Below are positions 16,170 to 32,908 of a stretch of 64,000 nt of DNA, piece after piece; position 1 is the first letter of the stretch, and the number at the start of each line of letters is the position of its first letter. The stretch comes from Paraspadella gotoi. Taxonomy: Eukaryota; Animalia; Chaetognatha. A model generated the notes under the pieces. The model was given only the letters and a program-made list of their open reading frames with translations, did not search any database and was not told the origin of the DNA. The DNA is taken from assembly GCA_051294375.1 (NCBI GenBank), contig CM119266.1, positions 1,307,554 to 1,371,553 on the forward strand, given 5' to 3'. Position numbers and translations under genes: made by a program.

Positions 16170-18911
16170 TCACCGCCCGACCCCCGCCTCCTCCACCGAC
16201 GCCTTCAAATCCCTCGCCGCTTGACTGACTTCCACCGCTCCGTCCACCATCTCCTGTAGCGCCCCCCGCGCCGGATACTGCAGGGCCGCCCTCTTGACCG
16301 AGTTGACAAACCGCTTGAGCGAGTCGCAAAGGGCGTTGGCGCGGGCGGCGACGTGCGTCTTGACTTGGTGGCGACGCAGGTGGCGGTGGAGAGTGTCGCC
16401 CATGAAGACGATCTTGTGACCGGCGACGACGAGGGGTTTGGAGTGGGCGAGGAAATGCTTGGGTCCTTCGTCGGCGTCGATGGAGCGGAAGAAGGAGTTG
16501 ATGGAGTTGGAGAGGAGGAGGAAGTGATCCGCGATCTGGAAGAGGGTGGAGGGTGTTGCGAGTGGGGGGGGGGGGTTGGGGAAATTGGCTTCATTGCTTA
16601 ATATGAATGAAAAAAACAAGAGAAAAATAAGGCGACAAAATTCGAGATATAAATGAATCAGTGAAGTATTTTGAATATTTTTAAAACAACTGCTAACTGC
16701 TAATTAACTATGAAACTACGAAACGATAAAATCTAAAGTCATTTCAACTGAAAACGAATAAAAAAAAAAAGAAGAAAAATGTCAGAAACAAATTTAAAAA
16801 AATACACAAACACAAAAACAGGAAACTTAAAAAGAAACAACGACCCAAGTTCAACATCAACCTTTCGTTCTTTCAAAATCAACCTTTCGTTCTTTCAACA
16901 TCAACCTTTCGTTCTTTCTACATCAACAACCGAATCCAAACCTGCGGGCGATAAAAATCCACGATCGTCTTGTCGTTGGGCGAAAGCGGCGACGACGACG
17001 TGGAAGGGATCGTCGACGCCGGCGACGCCGACGAAGACGCCGTCGAGGAAGAGTGCTCCCGGATGAAGGCGTCGAGCTCCGCCTCCGCCTCCGACCTTTG
17101 AAGGTTGCGGAGATTAAGATCGAGCACGCGGGCGTCGATCCTGGAGGCGGAAGTGGAGTCGTGGACGTTGGAGTTGGCGGGGAGAGTGGTGGAGCCGTTT
17201 CGGAGGGAAGGAGGAAGAGGAGGATTCGAGGAGGAAGAGTAAGAGTCGTTGTCGACGGCCTCGTCTTCGCGGCGATCGTCGTCTTCCAGTTCCCGACCGG
17301 GAGACGGTCTTCTCGGCAAAGGAGAACCTCTGGGCGATCCTCTCGGCGAAGGAGAGTCCGTTCGCGTCGTCGCCGCCGACATTCTGTCCGGACGAGGGAC
17401 TTCGGGCAGAGGGCGTCTCTGAGTCGGGATGGAAGGAAGAGGCCTATTGGCGGAGGAGAACGACCCGTCGACGGAGGGCGTCTTGACGGCGGGTTTGGGT
17501 TTGAGCGGAGGTTTGCTGCCCGGAGGCGGCGGCGGGGGCGGCGGCAACGGACGAGAGGTGGGGCGGCGGTCGCTCTCGGAACGCTCGAAGATTAAAGACG
17601 CGTTGCCATGGACGACGGCGGCGAAGGAGGACGCCTCTTCGCCGACGACGCGTGCCACGCCCACTATGACGTCGAGGGAATCGGGGGAAGAGGAGGAGGA
17701 TGAGGAGGAGGAGGAGGAGGAGGTGTCCCGGATGAGGGAGGAGACGCTCCAACGAGTCTGTGGGAACGGGGAGTGGATAGAGAAAGTGATAAATAAGTGA
17801 AAAAATAGATAAATAAATGAATGAATGAATGAATAAATAAATAAATAAATAATAAATAAATAAAAATGATATTTTTCTAACCCAAAGTTCCGCTACTTTA
17901 TTTTCTCATGTTTTATTTCAATTTGGGTTTAATCATGCCATTTCTTTATTACTGTCAATCTTTTTTTTTGGTATCGTTTTCATACGAACATGGCAACAAG
18001 CTTTGTCTGTCCTCTTTTGTCGTTCGGATATCAAATTATATATAAAAAAGTGAAATAAACATCACAACCGACGTCGATAGAGAAAATCGATTAATGAATT
18101 CATGAATTCACTCTCTCGCCTCTTCTGTCTGCCGCAAACATGTTTAAAAATAACTAACTTTTATCAAATGAGAGGATAATATTTATATTAATTGTACCAA
18201 TTTTATAATAAAGTTTATATGAGACCTATTACCTTCTGCAAAAAAGTAAAAGAGCAATAAGAGGAAAACAAGAACGGTAATTCAAATGTGTTGAGTCGCA
18301 GTGTATTTATAACACTTATTGCATCGGAATCGTGTCTTTTATATTTAAAGTTTTAATATTTCCTGAAGGCGGCGCTAGCAGTCACTTAGATTAGAGGTTT
18401 TTTCCTGTCTTAACAAATGAGCAATCAACTATAGGCGAATTATATGCATTTCTAACGTAAGTGGGACAGAAGGACAGAAGGACAGACATACCGACTGACA
18501 GACCGATTGACCACCAGTATTCGCGGCGCAACTAAAAACAGTAGCAGGGGAAAACGCTGATGAGTTATTGGACCAACTCATTCTATCTTACCCTTGGCTG
18601 AGCCTTACCTTACCTTATTTTAAGCCCTTCTCTTTCCGACAATTCCTTGACCGCTCCAACCGAAACCCCCAACACCATATCCTACGGAGCCTCCATCAAA
18701 TCTTTTCAACGCTGCCTTATCCTTATAAATCTTTACCCTTTTCCCCAGCCGTCCTTACCCTCTCCAACTCGGCGACGGCAGCGTCGACGGCGTCCAAAGA
18801 CTTTCTCAGCGGCGACAGCGAAGTCGTCGTCTTCGTCGTCAAGGAGGCGTCGACGATGGAGGAGGATGAGACTCGATCCACGACGCGTTGGGCGATGTCG
18901 ACGAAGGCCTG

Positions 18912-18972
<61 letters not shown>

Positions 18973-21335
18973 TCCGTAAGTCAGTTATTAAAAAAAGAAT
19001 CAAACTACAATTCATTTAAGCAACCAATCAATCAACCAATCAATCACCTTCAGACTCCGCCTCATTTTCGCCACTGCGACTTCAATCTCCGACGCTTTCG
19101 GCTCCAACTCTTCCTTCGACCGCCACCTGCGCCCGACAAAAGCGGAGAGGCCGTCGGCAGAGGCGTTCACGTCGGCCTTGTCAGTGGAAAGTAGAAAATT
19201 CAATAAAAATATAGATTTAAATACAATTTTTGATTCCTTGCAAATGAGACAAAGTTCCTTGAACTCATTTGCATAGTGTCGTGCTTTGAATTTTGTTTTG
19301 TATTGTATTTTATATTGGTTGTACCAATTTCATTTAATAATGATAATGATAATGATAGTGATAATAGGTCTTTTAGTAAAAAAAAATTATAATTTAAAAT
19401 TACAAATTACAAATTAAAATTAAAAATCACAAATTTTATTTTACCAAGCCTATATAAATTATAACAATGAAAATTTCTTGTCCATATTGAGTAATTATTT
19501 ATTGATAATAAAACAACGTTCCCGACATTTTCTCTTCACCTGCAGCCTTTCGAGCAACTCCAACGCTTGGTCGGCGTCGACGGGCAGTTCCATCCTTTCG
19601 GAAGAAGAAGAGGAGGAGGAACAAGGAGACCCCGGAGAAACGGGTTTCTGCATCTGATATTCGACGCCGAGAGCATCGAGCGACGCCGAGACGGAATCTC
19701 CGGCGTCGGAAGTGGAACCGCGACGAACCGGCGTCGAAGATCCCGGCGCCGATCGCTGCGGACAGCCGACTGGAATGTCATAGTCGGCTTCGCCGCCGCC
19801 GCCGAATCCTCCGTCAAACTCCTCGTCCGCCATGGCCTTTCCTTCGGGGATCGTGTTCAACGAGGCCTTCAAGTCGCTCGACGATTGACCCAGCAGAATC
19901 TCCGACGCTGCAGAGCTGCGGTTGGACGCGCCGCCGACGCCGCCGCCCGATCGACCAGGCGACAACGCCGCCGACGGCGAATCGTAGAGGCTCTCCGCGC
20001 CGTTTCCCGCGGCGTCGTTTCTCAATGACGCCGCGGAGGTTCTTAAATCAAGAGAAGAGGAGCTGCCGATCAAGAGAGACGAGGCCGACGACGCGCTCAG
20101 ATTGAGATTGACGTTCGAGACGTTGGAAACGCTCGTCGAGGATTCCCGCATCCCCGAGGCGCCGCCTCCGACGCCGCGAGAACCGCTCATTTTGCAGGGG
20201 CTCCCCTCGAAGCCCGAACCGACGCCGCTGAGGATGCTGCCGCGACGAAAGGTTCCATCGACGGCGTCTCCGTCGGGCGACGTCAGTGAACGACTCGACG
20301 GGCGATCGTAAATCTCGGAGGAAGAGATTTCCTCTTCGGGCAAAGACCCCAACGAGGCCATGGACGAAGGCTTGGGGGTGTCGTAGTCGTCCTCTGGAAA
20401 CCCGTCGTTCCTGAGAGAGTTGTAAAGGTCGTTTAGTGATACTGTCACACCATCTCCATTCACAATTTTGTTAGTATTTTATTTGGTAAATGACCTAATT
20501 TCCTAATTCCCAATTTAGTTAATGATTTAGATATCATTACAAGCACCCCTCTAACCAAGCACCTGGCATCTCGTACGACCGGCGATTCAGTGCGCATCGT
20601 CTTGGCCGGCCGACCGGCGTGCAGCGGAGACAGCGGACCGGCGCCGACGCCGACGCCGCCGAGGCTTTGGTTCGACGAGGAGCTGGAAACGGTAAGCATG
20701 GAGCCGTCTTCGAGACTCTGCTTGGATCCGAGGTAAGAGGGCGCGTCGTAGAGGTCGACAGGCTGATCGAGCGACGCCGATGATGCCAAGTCGTCCGTAG
20801 ATTTGGGGCAGTCGTAGACGTCATTGGGCTGTTGCTGGATAAGGCGATCGAGTTGATGTTGTTGTTGAGAAGAAAAGCGAGGTCTAGGGACGTCGTAGTC
20901 TTCGTCTCCGCCACCGACGCCATTTCCGGTCGGATAGACGTAGGCGTCGCCGATTAATTTCGGCGTCACCACGCGATTGGGCGTCACGTCCCAACTTCTC
21001 CTGGTCCAATTTCCGGCGGCGTCGTCTCCCCCGCCGATTCCGGCGCCGCCTTCCAACGCCGTTCCGCTTCTCGGCGTCCGCGAGCCCGAGAACCTGTGAA
21101 GAGGATCCTGACGGGCGGCTTCGAGGGCGGAGGGCGAATCGTAGATGCCCGGCAGGAGGCGGAGGCGGTTGCCCGGCGCCAGCCCGCTTCGCCCGCTCGC
21201 CGATCGGCAAAGCCACCACCCTTCCAGCCCGGCCGTGTCGAACTCCAGCACCGTGAGGACTTCGCCGGAACGAAAATCCAACTCGTCCGAGGATTCGGCC
21301 GGGTTGTCGAAGAGGGCTTTGGCCAGGCACGACAT
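16170..21335 (-). CDS. BCAR1: Cas-family scaffold protein (p130Cas/BCAR1-like): SH3, YxxP substrate domain, serine-rich region, C-terminal FAT-like domain
   Basis: Exons 21335-20563, ~20441-19540, 19176-19048, 18908-18759, 17757-16942, 16535-16170. SH3 LAKALFDNPAESSDELDFRSGEVL..GWWLC..GLAPGNRLRLL; about ten YxxP motifs; VHGNASLIF; C-terminal LAHSKPLVVAGHKIVFMGDTL..AALQYP. A 1-nt indel near 20573 is needed to read ..YEMP into the phase-1 intron. Confidence 0.95.
16853..16928. repeat. 22-bp tandem repeat x3 just inside the intron after Cas exon 5
   Basis: aacatcaacctttcgttctttc repeated. Confidence 0.85.
18367..18540 (+). mobile_element. DINE-1/HINE-like element fragment in a Cas intron
   Basis: Homologous to 6890-7090; (GACA/GACC)n tract followed by a cgcggcgcaactaaaaa end; a similar end occurs at ~40862-40888. 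Confidence 0.55.
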
Positions 21336-22893
21336 GGTTGAAGGAGGGTTAAAGGCTGGTTTGATGGTGGAGAGGTCTGAGGATCGAGGTGGGATGTAGC
21401 TATCTATTGGAGTGGAGAGAGGACATGACGGGAAATGGTAAGGTGGAGCTGGATGGAAGGGTCTTTGGTTTAAGGGATGGCGAATTGTTATCTACTTTTT
21501 GGTAGTATGAATTTGATTTTGTTTAAATGCGGCATACTGCATTGATTTTGATTTTTGTTGATTGCTTTTATTTACTACGTTTATTTATTTTATGTGATTG
21601 AATGAGTTTTTTCGTAACGAGGCTGACTGGCGTTGTTTTGTTGTGTTCCGCTAAGAATTGAAAAAAAGATTTCAAATTTTCACATGTGGCTCATGGGACG
21701 ATTTATTTCTATGTTAAATGTTGCACGTTTGTAAATAATGTTGAGTATAACTTTTTTTGTAGTTTCTTAGTAGTTTTATATCGTGATGATTTTATGATTT
21801 CAGATCTTTTTTTCGTGTCAAGTGACGAGTATTGCGAGGCACCTTGTGGCGAGTGTTTAACTTTAAACATAAATAATATTTATTACGCTAAAATGATTTT
21901 AATGCGACGTCTCGTTTTCAAACCTCCACTATCGTCCTGAAAATAGAAAAAGGAGATAAATGAGGAAAGGAAAAAAAACGTTAATTAATCGGCGAGGGGG
22001 ATGGAAAATAAATCGGTGCGGATTTATTAATAGCAGATTTATTAATAGCAGCGGAAGCATTAATTCTTCATCCATTTGTATTCGTAATTCGTTTTACTCT
22101 TCGATTTTTACGATCGATTTCGGACGTAGGCAAGGGGGGGGGGGCAAAGATCGAAGAGGCAGGAATGTTTGGGCAAAGATCGAAGACAGAACTTTCGCGT
22201 ACAAACGATTTTTATCGGAATTTGACGATCGCGAATTCATTTTTTTTTCTGGTTGTTTTGATATCGCGATAAAGGGAACAGGGATGGATGGTGTTGTTTT
22301 GGGATTTTTAAAAATCTTTTGTCATGTTTTTTGGGTTGTTTTTTTTTTCACTTTTTTAGTTTTATGAGAAGTCAGAATGACGTAAATATATTGACTGGTG
22401 CTATTTCTTAGTTAATATTAGAACCCACTCAAACATACTTTTTTTATCCTTCAATCATTTTATATTATTTTTTTATGTTTAACGTATGTTTTCAGAGCAA
22501 TATATTTAAATTTTTTTTCTCAAAAATCAAAATCAAACGATATATTTGAATCTCGCAACTCCCTGGCAAAGTTTTCTAAAAATTTCAACTTTTTACTTTT
22601 TCCCGTCGTAAAAATCGTTTCGTGTTTATCACTTTGAACGCGAGAAGAGCAAACGAGCCAAAGATAACATTGTTAAAATAATGTTTTGAGATATTTATTT
22701 CTCCGCACCCGACATCGATGGTGTGTGTGGCTTCGAAAATCGAGGAATAACGATCTTTGCTCCGCGGTTAACGCAAACGTAAACTTTGACGATCAAAGTT
22801 TTTATTTTATTTTATAATAACAGTTTTTTTTCTCTGTTTGCGATTTTGTTCTCACGATTTATATCCGCGTGTGTGGGAGGGAGAGAGTGAAAG

Positions 22894-22946
<53 letters not shown>

Positions 22947-23553
22947 AAAAAACATTCTGCGACGGTGAGTAAAGCTCAGGTAAGGGCCTCCGGTTTTTGG
23001 AAACTTTGATTCAAATAAAATCTCTCTCTAATTTTTTTCGATTTTAAAAACGTTGAAATTTAAAAAAATATGAGAGCTCTTTGAAAAAAAAAATTAGGAT
23101 AGAAAATCCATATGGGAATAAAGATGTTGAAACCGAGAAGAATTGAGGAGCGGGTCGGGTGAGTGAGTGAGATCTGTGAATTCAGTGAATTGTCGGAGGA
23201 ATTGGATGAGGAGTCATCACTATAGGTGAGGCTGGAGGCTCATTTGAAGTTTAATATATAAAATTCAAGCGCAAAAAGAAAATCGGAAGTTAAAATAAAA
23301 ACGAAAAAAAGGATTAAACCTAACACTTTTTTTTAAAATTATTGTTTCTGTTTTAGCGAATCGTTCTCATTTATAAAACAAAAATATGATTTTTTAAAAA
23401 TTTTGTTTATTTAGTCGAGAGAAACTCGAAGTTTTGTTTGTTTACATGACGCAAAATGTCCGTCCGTCTCACGAATATTTTTCTCTCTCGTCGTTTCTGA
23501 AAGGGTGTGTGAGTGTGTGTGACGACAGAGCGACAGAGAGCGAGAGAGAGGAG

Positions 23554-23601
<48 letters not shown>

Positions 23602-24867
23602 GAGAGGAGGAAGAGAGAGTAGAGAGAGAGAGAGAGAGAGCCGTGATTACTTTTTTCGCTGAACTAAAAAAAAAACCCGACTTCTACTTCTTCTTCGGCG
23701 AAGAGCGCGCGACACCTGAAACTTGAAAAATGATCTCGTCGCTGTCGTCGTCGTCGTCGTCGTCGCTCCTCTTCCTCACTGTGAATCGTGAAATGATCCT
23801 TGGGACGAAATTTCGATCACTGGTCTACGATGAAGATGAGGGAAGGACGACGAGTGCGATTCGACGGCGATCGATGATCACGACGACTACATCGTCATCA
23901 TCGATGAACTGAGAGAGAGAGAATATCTTCGGCCCCGAGCTCTGGCGGCGTTTTCGAGCCCGTCGGGCTTTGGAAGGGTTTTAAACGCCGAGTGGTTTGG
24001 GCTTTTTGAATTAATCGAGATTTTGTGTCCTATCTCGCTCTCTCGCTCTCTCTCTTTTTTTTCATTCTTTCTTTCGTTCTTTCTTTCTTTCTTTCTTTTT
24101 TTTTCTTTCTTTTTTTCTTTCTCTCTCTCTCTCTCACTCTTTCCAGGGGTCATAATTTTATTTTATTACAAATTAATAAAATCTAGGCCGCTTTTAATTC
24201 CCATATTTAAACATAAATTAACTCGTAAAACATTATTTAATATTATAATATTAATATATATTAAAATTATAACAATGTTTTTAATCAATTTTGCATCCTA
24301 AATTTAAATTTAAATTTTGAGGAAACAGAAACAACCCAATGTTATTATACTTTTTAAAAGTGAAGAATATCGGGTTCCTTTTCAGTCGTAGAGCGAGCAA
24401 AAGTTGTTGGTTCGACATAGTAAAACAACCCAAAGTTCCGAAATTCAGAGTAGCAAGATAGCGGAACGTTCTACTGTTTTCCTCTCTTCAAAACCAGTCC
24501 CGTTTGGCGGCGCACAATGGCTTCCAGCCTCTCCCTCTCGGTTTATTCAATAGAACTCAATATTACGGTTAAAAGTAACGAATGAGATTTGGGATTAAAG
24601 TGGCTAACAACTGACTCGGCCAGTCGAATTGCCACACACAGAAGGACGACAGTGGGATGGTCCTCTTCTCGTCGCTCGTATCGTCGTCGTCGTCGTCGTC
24701 GTCGTCATCAGTGTTGTTGTTTACTTTGAATGCACTGAGGATTTCCTTCCTGTCACAATCGAATCTCAATGAGCAGTAATTCTGAAATGACAGAACGATG
24801 AGAAAATCTAGCGTCGGATAAACGTGAAAGAATTTGTGGAAGACAATATCTTCACAACATCACAAAC

Positions 24868-24938
<71 letters not shown>

Positions 24939-25792
24939 AAAACGAAAATCCACTCAGGTTATTTTTTCGTCCTCAAAAAGTGAAATCCTTTTTTCTTTCA
25001 CTTCAAAAATAAAAAAAAAGGAAGATTCTTCACAGACTTAACAGACTTAGCATCCTCTTAAGAAATTTCCCTTTTTTGCAGCGATTCAATGAGTCATTCT
25101 TCTGCTCTCTGAACAACTTAAAAGGCCTTTCTCTCTTTTTTAATATTAATTAAAAAAAAAAAACACCGTTTAAAATTTCGCTAACAAAGGCTCCAGGTTC
25201 TGGAGTGGCCCGAGCAACGAGACCGAGAACCCGGATTAAATTTGAATATTAACGAGTTGATAATGGGGAAAAGCTTAACGTTCGTTTTATTTTAAAGAAT
25301 CAGATGCGAAGTCACGGTCTTATCTCGTTGTGAATGTGATGTAGACAATAAAAGGAAACAAAGGAGGAAACAAAAAAAAATCAACGTTTCGTTGGTGACG
25401 TTTTGTCTGTGAAAAAAAAAGAACATTGTTGAAATGAATTACTTAAAAATATTTCTTTAAAAAATATTTCTTTTTTTTTTTTCAAGGAGAAAAATCCATC
25501 AACTTTGGCTAAAATGGATTTTTGAAAGGAAGCGTCGATTGAAAAGTCTGAACTTGAAGACAAAGAGGAAAAACAAAACAAAACGCCGTTTTTAATAACA
25601 ACGACAAAGACCTCAATTTTACGTCTCTGGGAATCGCAACAAAATGTCACGCAATAGACGATATAAACGTCAACAACAGTGACATCTTTCGTCAATTAGT
25701 CATTTCCATTACTCGACCGTTTCCTACAACCAAGAGCCTAAACAACAAAGAGCAAACAGCAGAGCGGGACGCCGACGCCGCCGGCCGGCGTC

Positions 25793-28777
<2,985 letters not shown>

Positions 28778-29323
28778 TTGGATTGATTGGTTTGATTGTT
28801 ATTGATTGGGTGGACTGATTGTGATTGATCGGAGGGATTTTAAATTTAAAAAAAAATTGAATGTAGAAAAAAAAATATTAAAAATAATGTTATTAAGTAA
28901 GAATTATTTGACGCGTAAAAATAGAATGTTATGTTTAATGAAGATAATCTTGTCCAGAGTAGTTCCCGCCACTGGTGGTGACGGAAACGATCTTGCGCTT
29001 GGTTTGAATTGATTTATCGGATTGATCGGATTTGAGTCCAATCAATCAATCAATCAAAGTTTCGTCGCGTTTTTCTCGAGAGAATAAATAATCATTAAAA
29101 CAGTCGAAATCCACGAGTCGAATCTCTTCCATTTTTTTGCTTCGCGCACAAATATTGATTGTCCTTTTAATCCACTTTAAAGGTATACAAGTTGTTATAT
29201 TTTATGTGTGAAATATTGGATTCAGTTGCAGACTTTATTTACTTACCCGTTGTGACTTTTATGTTTCTCATACTAGACGGTAGTTGCCCCTTCTTTGTTG
29301 TTTTCAAAATGAAAAAGTTGTTC

Positions 29324-29366
<43 letters not shown>

Positions 29367-29942
29367 CAGCTATGTACGTACTATGTAGTTGGGAATTCTC
29401 TTAATCCCTGATTCATACTCCAGTATTGGAATTTCTTGTAAAAAAATAATCAGTATTTTTCTTTGCCGGATCTGATTTTTCATTAATTTTTGACAAAAAT
29501 AAACAATCATTTTTAAATTATTTCGAAAATTAGTCCATTTTTAAATTTTGTTAATTCACGAATATTAAGTAAATTAGAGTTAGTCAGGGCGAACAAAATT
29601 CGCTTTTGCAAAACTACGACAGCTAATTTTGAAACATTTCCAAATGCAAAAACGATATAAACCTTAGCACAAAAATTTTAGGCACATACAAATAAAGCTT
29701 TTGAAATAATATAACAAATTTGATAATTATGAATCCACCCAAAAATTTGTTTTGATGACCTCAGAATGTTTTTGATGCTCATCTGTTATTTTTTCTCAAT
29801 TTGCGGAAGTCAGTAGCAAGAGAAAGCAAGAAAAGAAGAAACCGGCCCGCGTCTTACTATCGCGCAGAATCGCTACCAAAGCAAAATAAAGCCGATCGAC
29901 TACCCCACCCTTCAAAGGGGGACTTCAAAGGAATCCGTCCTT

Positions 29943-30236
29943 TCAAACGCAGCTCATTGTGCAAGCGTTCCCGGTCCTCGCCCAACGACAGATATGATTT
30001 TCGGGGCAGTGGGAGTCGACGCTGCATTCCGGGATCGTCATCGTTCCATTTATGAGACTGCAAATGCAGTGAATTCTGTCCGCCCATTCCATTTCATCGT
30101 GAGGCTTAAAATAGAAGAGTTTAACGGTTTAATTTGGGTCTGAAAAAAATTGAATTTATAAATAAAATTTGGCTCGAGAATGTGGAGACGGAAAATAAAT
30201 GTATTAGCGACAAGCATCTGGTACTTTATCTTGAGA

Positions 30237-30281
<45 letters not shown>

Positions 30282-32520
30282 TTCCCGGAATATTTCTCTT
30301 CTCGAAGCAAGGCAGCGTGGATTCTCCGTACACGCCCATCAATTTTCCGTTGATCCTTTTGATACAACAACCAGCTGCAAAAATATAGTAACAAGAACAA
30401 CGATTGATTCTTAACCCATTGAGTTCATTTTTCGGTATAAATTGACCCGGTTATTTATTTTCTCGAAAGTTCACCAAAAAAAAAAAAAAAACCCGAATTT
30501 TCGGCGCCTTGATTTCATCGGATTCGACTCGGTACAACTCCACTGCACTTCTTACTACTATCCTTTATTTCACTCTGCCTTCCCTCCATTCTTTTTAATT
30601 TCACTCCCCTTCCACTCGTCTTCCTTCAACTCCTTTAACCATCACCCCTCTACGACATTCTTTCTAATCCCCTTCACTCCCTCCCCTTAATTTCTATACC
30701 CCGTCGACTTGGCATCGACTCACCTTCCCCTACCTTCTCCCTTACCCCTTCCGCCCTACCCGGACTCCTCGCCATGTGCACCGCCTTTCCCCGCGCGCAA
30801 ACTCGATCGTATCGACGCCTGAAGAATCTTCTCCTTCCCTCATTTCCGGCGGCGAATCCTTGTTCCAAATCGTCATTCTCTTCGGAATCGATGACGTCTC
30901 CAATTTAAGGGGAGGGAGGGGGTGCGTAAGAGTTATTCCGATTTTATTTGATCAATCGTTTAAAAGAAATTTCTCTTTTCTAAAAACGCTGCATTTCTGT
31001 TCCTTATAAATTCCCTAAACTTAATTTCAACCATAATATCATCGCAGGAAAATCAACCTTACCCAATAAGGCGTAGTGAAAGTTACATACAAAAATTCTA
31101 AATGTCAATTATGAACAACATACCATCAGTAAATATTAATTTGTAAAAAAAATTTATTTTATGTTCTTCAATTTTCGCAGTAGGCTATATTTATATATAG
31201 TACTATCCTTATAAAATTGAAAAATTTCAACATAGGCTTTTCTTAATTTTGATTGCAGATTTGAATTCCTCATCAAAAGTTGATAAAAGAAAATATAAGC
31301 CATTTTTGAAAATTCTTTCATTAAGTGGGTTAAAAATTTAAAAAACTATATTTGATATATAAAAAGTTAATTTTCAGCTTAAAATATAGCTTTTTCTAAT
31401 TTTTGACCCACTTAATGAAGGAATTTTTTAAAAAGAGTTACATTTCTTTTTACCAACTTTTTATGACGAATCCAAATCTGCAAAAAAATCTTAGAAAAAA
31501 CTGTTTTAAAATTTTAACATTTATTAGATTAGTACTAGTATAAATATGGCCTACTGCGTAAATTGTAAAATTTATTATAAATTTTTTTATTACATAAATG
31601 TTTATTAGTATAATGTTGTTCGTTCCTCACTTTTAGAATTTTAATTAAAGTTAAATTTAGAAATTTTACTACGCCTTATTACCCAAAGCAGAATCGGATA
31701 AAAGGATTGGGCGATCTTTGCAGAATCGGAATCGCCGAATAATGATTGGTGGAAGCGGAATCGGAATTGACCAATCAGCTTGCAAAACCAATGGAACGGT
31801 CAAGGCGACTCTTGCCTCTGATCCTTTTCTCAGATATAAATAAACTTAGCTTTCCTTAGTTTTAGTAAAATTGATCTGTACTCCTGCGTATGTCTTACTG
31901 TTATATAATATATATAATAACCAGGGAGAAAAATCTGAAGTTGCTATAACAAATAATTTAGCCACAGTATTTAATCCTTTCATTTCACTCCCATTTGAAA
32001 TCCGTGTATTTAAACCTTAAAGCTAATTTTATTGATAATGAATGAAATACGGCGTGTTTCGAAAATAGGCCGAATTCAGTTTTATGTTTTGTTTTCTCGT
32101 TTCTTACTGTCTCCTTTGCAGAAGCGTTCCGTTCCCGCCTCTGGATCACCCAATTCACAGTCGGCATCATCTTCGAAGCGATTGTCAAAGACTTCCCCTT
32201 GCACCTGGAACAGTAAAACAGCGAAGAAGTAAAAAAGAACGTTGAGTTCAAAAAGAAACCTTTTTAGACAATTCGTGAATGTTTTTATATTGCTTTCACA
32301 AGAAAGTGATTTATTATAAATTGAATCCTTTCATATAAATCTTTCCCCTTGTACCTCTATTCTAATTCTTTCCATAAATCCTTCCACTTACCTTTTTCCA
32401 AATCATTCCCTTGATGGAATCGTCGTGATTGACGCACATTCCAATCTTTCTATTTTCGTTGACGGTTCCATCAACAGCAAAGATCGAGAGACAAATGAAT
32501 ATTAAACCGAGGACCTCCAT
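29943..32520 (-). CDS. Orphan secreted cysteine-rich precursor (~218 aa)
   Basis: Exons 32520-32392, 32204-32108, 30897-30724, 30374-30280, 30104-29943 join without stops: MEVLGLIFICLSIFAVDG (signal-peptide-like)..acidic stretch..GRRRFFRRR..GCCIKR..HCICS..ECSVDSHCPENHICRWARTGNACTMSCV*. Confidence 0.7.
31067..31678. mobile_element. ~600-bp non-autonomous hAT-type MITE, copy 2 (opposite orientation), intronic
   Basis: Perfect 11-bp TIRs taaggcgtagt/actacgcctta; 8-bp TSD ttacccaa at 31059-31066 and 31679-31686. Confidence 0.92.
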
Positions 32521-32908
32521 TTTTTTGTGTCAATCGTGAATAGATAGTAAGTGAAGTCTGTAAAGTACATTTAAGTTAGATGCGTTTTTCTATTTTCTTT
32601 TACGTCGGTTCAGGACGTTACTAAAGCCTTCCGAATGAACTCTGTCTCTCTCTCTCTCTTTCTCTCTCTCTCTTTGTTTCTTTAATTGTCTCTGATTGTG
32701 AATAATGATCGAAAGTTTCAAGCTTCAGTTAATAATGTTCGACTATAGAAATAAATATGAGAATTAAAATGGAGTTATCTCTCAAAGCCTATAGCTTGCA
32801 AGATGACCATTTTCTTCGATAAAGATCCCGCTAATTTTAGTATTTTAAACTACTCGAGTGCCTTACTCTAAATGATATGTATAGGAGAATTTCGAGTCAT
32901 CTTTTCTA

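Noticed and set aside
17053-21399. Plus-strand ORFs overlapping Cas exons
   Set aside because: Antisense shadows of GC-rich coding sequence
30724-30810. FGF-like similarity (GRAEGVREK)
   Set aside because: Downstream exons do not continue an FGF fold; a short chance match
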